From: Felis catus
Lineage: Eukaryota
NCBI RefSeq assembly: GCF_018350175.1
Contig: NC_058369.1
Coordinates: 1,738,001-1,802,000, forward strand
Direction of reading: 5' to 3'
DNA: 64,000 bases
Of the stretch, positions 12,546-25,825 are shown piece by piece. Under the pieces are notes generated by a model that saw only the letters and a list, made by a program, of their open reading frames with translations, had not been told where the DNA came from and ran no database searches. Each line of letters opens with the position of its first letter. Positions within the stretch are counted from its first letter, which is position 1. Made by a program: the position numbers and the translations under genes.

Positions 12546-14129
12546 CTCACAGGGAGACCCTCCACCACCACTCCAAGGCCCCGCAGTCTAAGTGCCCAGG
12601 GAATGTGCTGTCGAAGAGATACAGACAGCACAGGCAGCCTCCCCAGAGGGGAAGCACGTCTGGCCTGGTTCTGTCTGGTTCTGGCCAAGGAGGCCCGCCC
12701 TGTGTTCTCCTCCTGCGCCAGAAGGGATCTGCCCCTCCCCATCCGCCTTCCAGGGAGCGCGTGTCATTGTGGGTGTGCGGGGACTGTCGGGTGAGTGGCA
12801 GCTGGCAGCACGCCAGCCCGTGTGCCTTGGAGGCCCCGGTGTGTGGGCTGTGCTGTCACCTCGACCCTGCTCTCGCGTGGGATGGAGCGGAGGCTTCTGC
12901 TCCGAGCTGTGATGTTTGCCTGACTCCGTGGGTCAGCCCTGCCGCCTCGAGAGGGTAAAACGTGCTGAGTGAGGACGAGCCCAGCTCATCTTCCGGGGGC
13001 TCCAGCTGCCTCGGCACAGCTGTGGGCCCCGGTGCTGGGACCCACAGAATGTTCTGGAATCTGAAGGTCACCTCGCTCCATGTTTTCTGCCCCCAGCACT
13101 GGGGGCGGGTCATGCTCTGGGGGAGGGGGTGTCCTGGACACTCTGGGGGCTGAGCAGGACCCCTGGATCCACCCACCCGAAGCCGGGACCACTCCAGTCG
13201 TGACAGCGAAAAATGTCCCCAGATTTTGGCCGGTGGCAAATATGGAAACTGCTCGCTCTATAAAAGGACTTGCTGGGTGTTCATGCTGGACTCGACTCCA
13301 CCAGAGGCTGAGCCAGGGGAGCTCAGGGGCGCCACGAAACCAAAACTCCAGTGCAGTGCCCCCGACATCTTGAGACATTCTGCGCCCGACAAGTTCCAAA
13401 CACGCGATCTGGTCGGTCCTTGTTTTCTGTAGCTCGCATACTTCCGGATCTGGTCCTCACCGACTCTACACACTTCTCGGGGCGGCCGTAACAAGTGACC
13501 GCAGACCAGGCGGCTTAAAACCACAGGGACTTGTCTCCCAGCGCTGGAGGCCAGAAGCCCACGACCCAGGAGTGGCCAACGATGATGACTCCGGAGTGGG
13601 AGGCCCAAGGCCACCCCTCCTTCTGCCCCAGATGCCAGTGGCTCTGAGCCCCACATGGCCAGGAGTGGCCAGCCGTGTCCTTCAGACGAACCACAATATG
13701 TGCCCAGGTAACCTTCACTCCCCTACATTCCAACATGCTTTTCTGACTCACGGCCACCTCCTGGGGGACTGTATTTGGGAACGAGTGGTGCACGAGGACA
13801 TTCCTCCACGAGGGTGCAAGGCCACAGTGGCAGGGGCGGGGGGAGCTTGCCACGTTCTAGTGGCCCATCCTGGGGTCACAAGAGGGAGGTGGGCCCCAGG
13901 GCAGGCAGGCGGTAACAATGGGGGTCCTGGCTCGCTGGACGGGGGCACCTCTTCCAGCCCAGCTCTGTCACCGCACGGGAAGTGGCCTGATGTCATCAGC
14001 TCTCCCAAGTATCCTGAGGAGCTGGGAGGTCTTTTATTATAAAATCTCCGGATTTTTCAATGTTGGGAATAATTCAAAGTTTAAAACCACTGGGTTTGGT
14101 TCAGCCAGAGATCAAGGTCAACACCAAGA

Positions 14130-14590
14130 ACGGTAAGCCCTGTGGACAGCATGTGTCCCTCTGTGTGTTCTTACCCCAAAACCACAACCCTCGTCTGACT
14201 GGGAGAAAATGCCAGACAAACCCAGATGGGGGGTGTTCTGTAAGACTCCTGCCCTGTGCTCTGCACGACTGTCCAGGCATAAAAGACAAGGAAAGTCAGA
14301 GAAACCGTCTCAGCCCAGAGAAGCCTTAAGGAGACGTGACAACTAATGCCATATGGGGTCCTGGGGCAGAAAAGAGACGTTTTCTGGGAAATGGGAAATA
14401 ATAAGGAAATCCAAACGAAGTACGGACTTGAGCTGATCATAACGTATTGATACTGGATCAATAATTGTGACAAATGCACCACGCTAACGTAAGATGCCAA
14501 TACCAGGGCGTGGGCCACGTGGGAACTCTCTGCACTGTCTTTGCAACATTTCTGCAAATTCAAAACCACGCCAGGTAACTTTATTTTAAA
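14130..14590 (+). mobile_element. L1MC-like 3' end fragment
   Basis: ccagacaaacccaga, taaggagacgtgacaacta, ttgtgacaaatgcaccac, gggaactctctgcact. Confidence 0.7.
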
Positions 14591-15259
14591 GACTGGTTTG
14601 CAAACTGCAAACCAGGCGCGTTGCCGTAACATACCACAGGATGTTCACGACGGCCTTGTATTTTGCTGTCGAAGGCCCAATTTGTCTTCCAGACTCAGTG
14701 GGCTTGTTCTCAAAAGTGACCATCAGAGAAATATAAATATATAGCCATGAACATGTTTTTAGAAATTAAAAAGCTGCTGGGATGGCCAAGCTCCCAGGCG
14801 TGTGGACAGGGTTTAATCTATGAACCAGCAGACCCAGGACCCAGGGAGGAGAGCAATGACACAAATAGAAGGTGGTGGAGCCCCTTGGGGGGCACGAGCC
14901 CAGCCCTCAACGGTGCAGAGGGGCACAGAGGTCCCTGGCCTCCCAGCAGCCTCTCAGCCAAGGAGGGCCTCGAAACCACATCAGTGGACACCACTCCCAA
15001 GTGGTATCAGTGACCACAGCTGCTGTCTGAGCTGGGGCTCTGAGGATCTTGATGACGTCACCCTCATGTCAATATGGCTACAAGATCAGGAACCACTCCC
15101 TTTCTGTCTCAGTTAAGGAAAAGAGCTGTGTTTGTTTGTTTGCTTGTTTTTAAGCTACACAAAACCTAAAACACTGTCCAAAGCCAGTAAAAGGAATGGA
15201 AGAGTTCAGACTGAGGTTTAACTCCGAAGCTCACAAAGGGAGAGATGCCTTACGACCTG

Positions 15260-15422
15260 GTGGATCTCCCGTGGAGACACTCAATGTCTGGAGATGTTGG
15301 AGGTACTCCTGGCATGGAAGGGGTGTGGCCAGGGATGCTGCTCAATCTCTACAGTACCCAGTACGGCCCAAAAACGATGACCCAGCCCCAATGTCCATAG
15401 TGCCAAAGACGTGAGCCCTTGA
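15260..15422 (+). mobile_element. MER20-like hAT MITE
   Basis: caatgtctggaga...ctcctggcat...ggccagggatgctgctc...aatgtccatagtgcca. Confidence 0.7.
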
Positions 15423-15559
15423 TGGACAGGGAAGGAGTAATAGTTTATCATACACCCAGACCTATATGTGCTAACACTGTAGGAGATCCAAGACTGTAAG
15501 TACCAAGAACTACAGACAAGTACATCAACTAGCACAAGCCATCTGAGTTACAACATTTT

Positions 15560-17110
15560 CTTGAAAAGATACATTTGTACACGTACTTGTATATGCAAAG
15601 GAAAAAAAATTCTAGAAGAAAACACCACCAGAACTATTAACAGTTACAATGGTGAGGAGGACTGAGGGGTGGGAGATTTATTCTTTGTTTTATGTCCTCA
15701 TATATAATTTGAATTTTTTTTTACCATGAGCATAATTGATAGTTCAAAAATTAATTCTACTAACTGGGGATATGATTATATTAATTACCTAGCCCAAAAT
15801 GCCAACAGTGCCTCGATTGAAAAACCCAGATGCATGGCAAATATAACTTAAAGAAATGACCACCGAAGAAGTGATGTGTTAAAGATTACCTCCCCAGGGA
15901 AAGGAGGCAGAGAAATGGGAAACATGAGAAAGACTCATGATTAAGAGGGGAAAAACAAAGGCAACCATCAATGCAGACCAATATGTAAGACAGAATGAGT
16001 CAGTCACAGCTGGGGATAAGAGATGGCATCCAAGATATGAAATCAAACAAAGTAGCAGCTATGGACTACCCCACAGGAAACACGAGGATCAATTTCAATT
16101 CAAGTACACAGCCCAACCCATGCTTTAAAGACTGTTCCATGGAGATGGATTCTATGTGGACCTGAGCTCTAGGAATCTGCTTCCCAGAAGGCAGCGGTAC
16201 AGTCACATGCAGTCAATGAACAGGCTATCCCACACAAAGAAGGGACCTAGTGCCACCCCACAAAAAGCAGACACCGTACAGAACACCTCCACACATAATT
16301 TACTGGGTGTTGGCCACAAGCTTTCTAGAAAAGCAAACTTGAAGATTTTAGCTCTGAGCTTTTGGCCTCAAAAACAGCTTCTAAATTATAAAGGGAAAAA
16401 TCTAGGTATTTTTCCCTCTGCCACTTTTATTTAACATTCTATCATTGGCATTTTCTAAGTATTCTTTGAAAACAATTTTCTAATGGCTGCCCATATATTT
16501 ACATTGAGTTAATAATATACCGTAAGTGATGTACCAATTTCCTTACTATTGAGTATGTAGACTGTTCCCAATTTCTGCTTTATAAATAATGCTAAAGTGA
16601 ACATCTTTATGCCTGTCTCTAATTACTTTCTTAGTATACGTTCTTAGAGATGGCATTATGGGATTAGAGAGCATTAAATATTTTTAAGATTTTTAAAAAC
16701 ACACTACTAAGTTATTGTTGAAACAGATTACTCCATTTTATACTATCTTTCTGTCCATACCCTCATCAACACTGGTATCATTGTTTATTACTCCTCACCT
16801 ACTTTAAAGGTGAAAAATAGACTCTTCTTGGGTGTTGTTTTTTGTTTTTTGTTTTTGCAATAAACTTTTTACTTTGGAATATTTTTAGATATGCTGGAGA
16901 GTTGTAAGATAATACAGACAGTTCCTATATATCACTCACCTAGCTTCTCTTAAAAGTTGACGACTCACATAATCAGGGTGCATTTGTCACAACCAAGACG
17001 TCAACACTGCTACGTTAGTATTAACCAAACCCCACAGTTTATTCAGATTTCACTGGGTTTTCCACTAATGGCCCTCTTCTGTTCTAGGATGCCATCTAGG
17101 ATGCCACAGT
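15560..17110. mobile_element. AT-rich cluster of very old L1M (ME/MC-like) fragments
   Basis: gactgttcccaattt...ataaataatgctaaagtgaacatc and catttgtcacaacc motifs; boundaries rough. Confidence 0.5.
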
Positions 17111-17124
17111 GCGTTTATCACACT

Positions 17125-17290
17125 TTCTATCTGTTGTCCCTAATCCTTAGAACCACCTTATAAACTAAGGCTTAACATCTCCATTGTGCTGATAAGATAA
17201 GGCTTTGGAGAGGCTAAGTGACTTGCCCAAGTTACACAGCTGGTGAACAGCCGGTCCAGATGCAAGCCACACATGAAAGACTCCGGATCT
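17125..17290 (-). mobile_element. MIR fragment
   Basis: agaggctaagtgacttgcccaagttacacagctggt MIR core. Confidence 0.7.
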
Positions 17291-17664
17291 AGAAACACCA
17301 TGAGCATGCCTCCCTCTCTCTCATCCCGTCCTCACCTCCTCCGAGCATGCAAAGCCTGGTCTCTAATTCCCCACTAACAAACCAGGTGATCCAAGCAAGG
17401 TGATACAAGTTGGGTAATCAACCTACATGACAGAATTAAGTCATCTATTCTCCCCTTCCACTAGCCACTCTGGGAAACTATTTCAAAGCAATATGCCATC
17501 TCATGACATCTCTGGATGCATCCTCAGAAATCACCTTTGGAAGGAGAAAAGACTCTTATACCTGAGAAATACAGTCCTAGGACTTGGCAATGAATCTCCC
17601 ATTCAACCAAAATTGACCCCTTCCTGCTGGACCACTGACCTTACTCACCACTGAGTGACCTCTG

Positions 17665-18185
17665 GCTGGGTGGGAGGCACTCTGAGATGGTCCCCCAGTG
17701 ATCCCCAACTCCTGGTACTCATGCCTTGTGTCAGGACCTGCCCCTGAGTGTGGGCAGGACCTGTGCTTGTTCCTAACCTCTAGAATATGGCACAGGTGAT
17801 GGGATGTCACTTCCACGATTATCCGACGTGACAAAGTAACTTCCATCTTGCTAGCAGACCGCCCCCTTTGCTGCTGTGATAAAGCAGGTTGCCTACCAAC
17901 CAGCAGCCAAAAAACTGAGCGTGGCCTCCAGGCAACAGCCAAGAAGAACTCAACCATGCCAGCAGCCGCGTGAGTGGGCTTGGAGGTACAGTCTTCTTTC
18001 CCAGTTAAGTCTACAGCCCGGGCTGGCAATTTGATTGCAGCCTGAGAAACGCGGAGCAGAAGACCTAGCTACGCTGCACCCAGATCCCTGCCCCCACCCC
18101 CCAGAAACTGGGAGACAATAAACGTGTGGTTTCCAGCCACTAAGTTTGTAGTGATTTGTTATGCAGCATCAGCAGACAAATACAA
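17665..18185 (+). mobile_element. MLT1-type (MaLR) solo LTR
   Basis: ctctgagatggtccccc, tagaatatggca...gatgggatgtcacttcc, aataaacgtgtggtt...ccactaagtttgtagtgatttgttatgcagca. Confidence 0.75.
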
Positions 18186-19228
18186 GCTGTCTCTACCCCC
18201 AAAAGATGAAAACCCGAGACTTATTTGAAACCTACAAACCTGTATAGCTGAAGTATACAAGAGCAGCACAGCCCGCTCTTGAAGGCACTCACAACTGCTT
18301 GGAATTGACTGCTCGAGGTGCACATTCTCCCAAGGTGACTGAGAACGTGGAGGACACCTGCTTTGATGGGAGATCTGGGGGTGGTGAAGACAACACAGAT
18401 TTCCCTAGCGGACGCTCACCATTCAGATTCCTGCGCTCAACAGCATCTACTCCGTCAGGCGGTTTTTCTGCATTACGGAGTTCGAAAGCTGTTCTGTTGT
18501 ATATCATCAAAAAGAAAAACTGATTCAGGAAATAACACTATACATTATATATATATCTCGTACTACTTTTCTTAAAACAGAACTGCTGTAACGCCTCCCC
18601 CTCTGGCTGAGACTAGAATAGATAAAAATCCAGATTTTTACACACTTGGGATTGGTAATGTTTTAACACATGGGAAACGCTATGGGGTTGCAAACTGCTT
18701 TATATTCTTCAAACATATTTGCAACCGTGCCAACCAGCCTAACAGTTGGATGTGTTCGTAAATGAACCAAAACACATCACGTTCTTGGGGACAGACGCAC
18801 AGTGGAGACTGAAGTGTCTCTCTGCCCCCAGAGGGGCCTAATGAAACCCCCGAACCATCACAGAAAGTGGGGGTGTGGCTTCCGTGAGACACCCGGGTTC
18901 GGGGAACACGAAGGGACAGTGCTATGGCCAGGTTCGGTGTTATCCAATGAAAACCTGCAACTGCAAAGACCAGGAAACGCAGGCCAGCAAGGAGGAGGGG
19001 GTGTTGCTCAGAGGTCAAAGCAGGGAACGTCATTCACCGAACTAGGCTGGTTCGAGACCAGAAAGATCAGGTTGCATGGCCCCTCTCGTGAGGACAGCTC
19101 TGAAGGACAGCCATGACCTAAAGCGGTTCATGTGTGGGTCTCGATGCGTAAAGAACTGGCAGCAAAGCAGTTCCCCAGGGTCCTACAGGGCGCAAAAGAC
19201 AAACACGAAAACCGTGTTATTCCTTGCA

Positions 19229-19400
19229 CACGGTTCTCAATGGGAGAAGTGGGACAATTCTGCCCCCGGGGGACGTGAGGCAATGTCTGGGGACATCTGT
19301 GGTTGTCACGGTGGGGGAGCTCCTGGCATCGAAGGGGTGGGGCCAGGGATGGCTGCTGTGCCCCCACAGAGAGTGACCTGCCCCGATGTCAGGAGGGCGG
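19229..19400 (+). mobile_element. MER20-like hAT MITE
   Basis: cacggttctcaa...tctgccccc...ggcaatgtctggggacat. Confidence 0.75.
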
Positions 19401-20504
19401 GGCTGGGGGTGGGCGGTGGGGGACCCGCCGGGTCTGGCCCTCAGATCTAGAGGGACTGCTTCGTCTTTATTACAGAGCCAAATCTGTGTCATCACCACAG
19501 AGGGGAAAACGGCCACTTAATTACATTTCCATGTGGGCCACCGAGAGTTTCCTTAGGGAGGCTGGCCGGGAGCATCACCTGGAGACCGGACTCCACGGCA
19601 CATCTCCAGAGCCGTCTAAGCCCAGCTGTCTAAGCCCCAAGTGTCACTCCATCAACTGGATGTCCCAGAGCAGCCTCAAATCTCAAACACGTTTTCTCTG
19701 GGTTTGATCCCTTTACGAACAAAGAGGGGCGATCCTGCCACCGGGTCGGCAGGGGCGGGCCTGATCCCACCCTTGGTTGGGTCCATGCCTGTGGTGGTGG
19801 CTGGGGAATGACGGCGGCGGCACAGACGGAAGGCTATGTTAGCACACAGCAGAACAACAGCCCAGACAGAACAGCCATCACTACAGGCGGGTCACCGGCT
19901 CGCACGCCATCCCATAACTTAGAACGATCATGGGTGATGATTCCTGTTCCTTTTTGCCCACAAGGAGACAGAAACAGGGAAGGTCTAATCACACAGGGAG
20001 AAAGTCATCCAGGGTGAGCAGGAATTCCGACCCGCAGCCTCACCATGCCACAACGCCCTCCACATTCCAGAAGGTTCCAGAAAGTTCCATAATTCCCAAC
20101 ATCTCACCTCCTACCTACTTTACTCCCTGGGTCCCTCTTCCTCAAAGGGGGACAGAACTTTCAGCAGTGCCACATCCTACTCACTGATTTCTCCCAGAGA
20201 CCCAGGAGCACCTTTCTGCCCTCCTGTGGCCGGTCAGGGCCGGGCCTGGCGAGACCTAAGTCAAGGGTGTGACTGCTTAGCAGACCCAGACGCAGAGGAA
20301 TTCACGCCCTTGTGGTGGACTCACAAGGACATTACTTAAAATGAGAACATGCCTGTGATCACAGCCCTACAGGGCTTGACCTAAGGCAGGGGAGGGGAGG
20401 GCTCTCCGAGGAAAACAGGGCTGTTCCCCCAAGGCCCATTAAGGACGTCAATGGTCACACGCTCCAAAATATGACCACTTAGACCAAGAGATATTTTGTA
20501 GGGA

Positions 20505-21030
20505 GGGGCAGTTGGTAAAATACGCATAATATAAAATTTACAATTGTAACCCAGGTGTATATTCCAAAGGCATCTAGTATATTTACACAGTTGTGCAACC
20601 ATCACCTCTATCTAGTTCCGGAACATTCCATTTCCCCAAAAATAAACCCCGTCCCTCTTAGCAGTGGGATGAGCCTGTTCTGGACGTTTCACACACGCGG
20701 ACTCACACCCCGTGTGGCCTCTCGTGTCTGGTTCCCTCCCTGAGCGTCGTGTGTTCAGAGTCTGTCCTCAGGGCGGTGGGTGCAGGCACCTCACTTCTGC
20801 TTGCGGCCGAGGGACACGCGCGTGTGCGGTGGACACATTCATCTGTGGATATGGACACGTTGTGCATCCATTCATCCATGGATGGGCATTAAGTTGCTTC
20901 CACTTTTCAGCTATTGTGAACCTCACTACTGTGAACATGTGTGTGCAGGTTTTAGTGTGGACTTATGTTCTAGTTTCTTCGGGATGGATACCCAGGAGTG
21001 GAATCATTTGGTCAGATGGAAACTCCATGG
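20505..21030 (-). mobile_element. Old L1M (L1MB-like) 3' end fragment
   Basis: cataatataaaatttacaat, ttgtgcaaccatcacc, atacccaggagtggaat motifs. Confidence 0.75.
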
Positions 21031-21035
21031 GTAAC

Positions 21036-21264
21036 TTTTTTTTTTTTTTTGAGAGAGAGAGAGAGAGAGAAAGAGAAAGAGAGAGAGAGATAGGGAGAGA
21101 GGAGTCGGGGGTTGAATACGAGCAGGGGAGAGGGGCAGAGGGAAAGAGAATCTTAAGCAGGCGCCAGCCACACCCAGTGTAGAGCCCAATGTGGGGCCTG
21201 AACTCACGACCCTGAGATCAAGACCTGAGTTTGTCGCTCAACCGACTGAGCCACCCAGGTGCCC
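21036..21264 (-). mobile_element. CAN-SINE (older)
   Basis: Poly-T, (GA)n, reverse head ...ccgactgagccacccaggtgccc. Confidence 0.9.
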
Positions 21265-22164
21265 TGACACCAAAATGTTTCAATACTAGGAAACAGGTGC
21301 CCCAGAGCCGGCTTCACATACACAATTCCATGGCTGGAAGGAAGTGTGGCTGGTCCAACCCTGAGACATACAAATCCTGGGCAAAAGGCAGTCGATACAA
21401 TCAGGAACATTCTCAAGGAAGAGCTACGAAGTGAGGGAGCCCGGGGGCTGGGGTCCTTCCTGGCTAAGCACTCATTCTGAACCTCAGTTGACTCCTCTGA
21501 AGATTGGCCCTCAGAAGGGCATCTCAGGGAGTTGGGTAGAAGCCACCACACACGGTGTTAAATGGGAGACAAGGGTGGCCAGGAAGTCACCTTGACCGGG
21601 AGCAGGAGGAGGGGGACGGAGAGGGCGAGACAGACAAACCAAGGAAAACTAAAGCTCAGTCTAAAGAAAACTGGGCCAGGCCCCCTGGCGACTGCAGACA
21701 GAGTGGCCGGGAGTCCGGCAGGCCCAGAGCGCTGGTGGTGGGAGAACAGCGGACGCAGGGGCGGGTGGACAGCAGGGCCAGGCGAAGACGTGGCCCCGGG
21801 AGGGGCGGGCTGGCAGGGAGCAGGCGGAGGACCCAGTGCAGAGGGCATTCCAGGCCAGGGAGACAGGAGCGAGACCCCAGGGGCGGGAGGGAGAAAAATC
21901 AACTGTGCTGAGAAAGCCGCCTGGGGCAGGCCGGCGCAGGGTCCTGCCACGGACCAGGATGGAGCCCACGAGCAAGCGAGCGGACGAAAGAACGAACAAA
22001 CGGGATCAGCCAGAGCAGAGGCACTCGAATCCTCCCAGAGCCCCCAGGGCTGAGCTATGAAAGCAGCGGCAAATGGGCAAAAGTCCCGCCAGGCACAGAA
22101 GCACGAAGTCAATAAGTTTAATAACAGGGGACGGGCCCCACGATGCCACCCCCCGGCCATCCGC

Positions 22165-22600
22165 CCTGGACTGAAAGCATCTGTCCACACAAACGTCTGC
22201 ACGCACACGTTCGCAGCATCACAAGTCACCACAGCAAAGAGCGAAAGCAGCCCACGTGCCCATAGTGGACGCGGGGGTAAAGACAATGTGGTAGAGTCAC
22301 AGAACAGAATGTTATTCGGCCATAAAATATAAACGTGGTCCGACCCCAAGCACAAAACGCTCAGGGAGGGAATCGGACGCGAGAAGTCCCATGGTGTGTG
22401 TGATCCCACGCATGTGAAACGTCCAGAACAGGCTGGGATGGGAAGGGGGCTCGTGGGGGCTGGGGGAGGAGCGGGGAGTCAGTGCTTTCTGGGGACAGAG
22501 TCTCAGTCTGGGGAGATGGAAAGTTCTGGAGATGGACGGCGGGGGTGGCTGCCCGACAGTGTGCCTGTGCTTGATGTCGCTGAGCCGTGTGCTTGGAAGT
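22165..22600 (+). mobile_element. Old L1M (L1MB-like) 3' end fragment
   Basis: tccacacaaacgtctgcacg...ttcgcagcatc, gatggaaagttctggagatgga motifs. Confidence 0.7.
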
Positions 22601-23559
22601 GGTCCCAATGGCGAGCCGGATGTTACGGGTGCCCAAACCGACGCGGGCCCAGGGAACGGGGTGGGACGCCGGTGCCGCACTGAGCAGAGACGGACACGTA
22701 AACGGGGACGATGTGTGATGTGTGACGGATGTTCCCATCCATGGTGACACCCACAGCTGACAGGTCCCCTCCCCCCGGAGGCAGGGCGCATGGCAGGGGA
22801 TGGCCGTACACCCAGCACCTGGCATCATCCCGCGGCTGGTGGCTGAGCATCGTGAGGCCACAGAGGAAAAGGCCTCAGCGCGGCCAGACCACCCAGTGCT
22901 ACAGGCGGTGGGACAGGCGGCTGGAGGGAATCCCGCCCTTCCCCCGGGGGGACCCCACTGCCTCCAAAGGACCCGCAAACACCTCCCTACAAAACAGCCT
23001 GCTTTCCAGCAATCTTTCGCTTCCCTGGACGCTGCATCCCCAGGTGGACGGAGACCCACCGTGTCCCTCTGGGAGGCAGGTGGTAGGGTGGGGAGGGTAG
23101 GAACGTGGGCACCGGCAGGCGGTTTTGGGCCTTGGCCCCCCCAACCGAAAGCTCCCCCTACTTTTGTTAACATGTGGCATCTACGCAGGGCTGGGATGGA
23201 CGCTCTGTCACCAGCACTGGGACCCATCCACGCTCCTCACCAACGCAGGGGGTTGGGACGGGTGGGACCTGTGCGTCTCAGGTCGGAAGGGGGACGGTTC
23301 TCCCCAACACCCTGCAGTGTCTGCGGCCACAACGTGTAAGATGATGATTTTCCAACTCCCCAGACCATCTCCAGTGCGGGTGTGATGGAACCGGGAGAAA
23401 GTCAACGTCACAGGCTGTGAAGACGGACCACAAAGCTGGCAGGACAGGGGATGGGGAACCCAGCACGGAGAGCAAAGGCAGGCGTCCCCACCCCGGGCTC
23501 CTCTCTGCAGAAGGAAGGAAGGGTGAAAAGAGACTAATCCAGGGCTCTGAGCACCCGGT

Positions 23560-24290
23560 GGGTAGGCAAACACTGCTTGTGACAGGTGGCCAAGGTCAAC
23601 ACCGTCAGTGATGTCATGTGGGTGGCAGAGACACCTGGTGTGATGTGACAAGAAGGGCACCTCACCACTGTGTGTTCTACCCCCAAACCCGTAACCCCTG
23701 GTCTGCTCACGAGGAAACATGAGACAAACCCAGGTTGGGGGTCGTGGTGAAAAAATCCCTAACCATGGGGCGCCTGGGTGGCTCAGTCCGTTGAGCGCCA
23801 GACTTCGGCTCAGGTCACGATCTCGTGCTTCGAGGGTTCAAGCCCTGCGTAGGGCTCTGTGCTGACAGCTCAGAGCCTGGAGCCTGCTTCCGATTCCGTG
23901 TCTCCCTCTCTCTCTGCCCCACCCCCGCTTGTGCTCTCTCTCGCTCTCAAAAATAAATAAACATAAAAAAAAAAAAAATCCCTAACCAGGTGTCCTCAAG
24001 ACTGTCCAGGCATAAAAGACAAGGGGTGTCAGAGAGGCTGTCACAGCCCAGAGGGGCCCAGTGTCACGTGAGGCCCTGGGTGGGGTCCTGGGACAGGAAA
24101 GGACATTAGAGGAAAAGTAGTGATGTGCACACGAAGCACAGGCCTTGGAGAGCAGCAACACAGACACATTAACCTCCGAGGGTGGCAGGCACCAGGGGGG
24201 GTGCGGACGTTAGCTAGCACGGGGGTGCCCTGCACTGCCTTCGTGACTTGTCTGTACACCAAAAACTAGCCCAAAGTTGACATTCTATCA
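23560..24290 (+). mobile_element. L1MC-like 3' end fragment interrupted by a SINE
   Basis: gagacaaacccaggttg, ggacattagaggaaaa motifs either side of the SINE. Confidence 0.65.
23767..23972 (+). mobile_element. CAN-SINE inserted in an L1MC-like fragment
   Basis: TSD aaaaaatccctaacca at 23750-23765 and 23973-23988. Confidence 0.95.
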
Positions 24291-24304
24291 AAGAAAAAAA
24301 AAAT

Positions 24305-24548
24305 GGGGCGCCTGGGTGGCGCAGTCGGTTAAGCGTCCGACTTCAGCCAAGTCACGATCTCGCGGTCCAGGAGTTCAAGCCCCGCGTCGGGCTCTGGGCT
24401 GATGGCTCGGAGCCTGGAGCCTGCTTCCGATTCTGTGTCTCCCTCTCTCTCTGCCCCTCCCCCGTTCGTGCTCTGTCTCTCTCTGTCCCAAAAATAAATA
24501 AACGTTGAAAAAAAAATTTAAAAAAAAAAAGAAAAAAAAAAACAAAAA
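24305..24548 (+). mobile_element. CAN-SINE (young SINEC_Fc-like)
   Basis: Near-consensus body, long A tail. Confidence 0.95.
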
Positions 24549-25825
24549 CCAGGTCTCAGAACTCAGGGCACGCTCTTTTTCAGAGGCTCCCTCAGAGACT
24601 TCCCCGATCCCCGTGCCCCACTTCTCAGCCAGGGGAAGGGGAGCAGAGAGGGGCAGGGACCTGGTCAATTTAGGATCGAGAGGCAAGGCTGGGACTGAGA
24701 TTCTGTAACCCTGGTCCCCCGTCCTTCTGAGCCCCAATACAGGTGTCTGAAGCTTGTGAACAGCGTGGACATCCCTTTGTTTTCTTTACACAGAGCTGAG
24801 AGCCTCCTGGAACCCTTCAGTGCCACACAGACGCGGAGGGACAGAGAAGAAAGACAGGCGCCGATCTGTTTCTCAAACAATAAGGAATGCCCGGCCTGCC
24901 CACAGAGCCCCCCGCCCCATTTCCTCCCATCACCTCTCGTTGCCAAATGAAATAACTGTACATTCCCAAAGCAGCGGTTGGCCAAAAGACAGACGAAAGC
25001 AAACCAAAACAAACCTTCCGCTTCTCACCCTGGCCTCAAATATTTAAAACTCAGCCTCCCTGAAGAACTCACGGCTTGTCTGTGCTCAACCTAAAGAGAA
25101 AAGCATTTCTAAGTTGAGTGGGTGTCAAACACAGAATCGTCCTTGGCTGCAGACGGTGAAATTCACCGTGACCCACTGGGTTTTCAAAAGGGGGCTCGGG
25201 GCAAACTGTCACTCCTGGACATCGTTCTACACGACACCCATCGCCTGACATCAAAACAGTCCGTCTGAATGTGCATTTGGCAACCACTGTGTTGCGGTTT
25301 TTACTTTTGTTTACCTGACAGGCTTTCTCGATTTATCACTAAAAGCCACGAGCAGGAGACATTTATATGCAGTGTTACACTCGGGCGTCTTTAAGTAACA
25401 TGATAATGAATGTCACTGGCATTTTCAAATGGGATCTATTTGGAGCTATCAGATGTCATAGTTCATCAAATCTAAGATCCCATTATCTCTAAAATCGGCT
25501 GTTCTGTATCGTGACCCTAAAGAAATTAAATGATCAGTCTCCCTCAGTACGGGCACCATACGATGGGGAAAAACAAAATCACCCTGTGCATTTGTCCCCA
25601 GATCATTAACCTCTGCTCAACCAGGAGGCTGCAGGGGGTCCAAGAGCCCAAGGACAGTGGCAGAGGCAGCTCTCTGAAGTCGAGCGTCACTTGCTCTCCC
25701 AAGGGCAGTGCTAAATTGAAAGGATAAAGCTGGACTATGAAACCCCCAAGTTCAAGTCCCAGCACTGCCGTGAGCCCAGGAAACCCGGCCGATTCCTCGT
25801 CTGTAAATCACACAAGTTAGTCTAG

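Noticed and set aside
21558..23339. Cluster of 160-290-aa ORFs
   Set aside because: Overlapping on both strands across GC-rich repeat remnants; no splice or homology support
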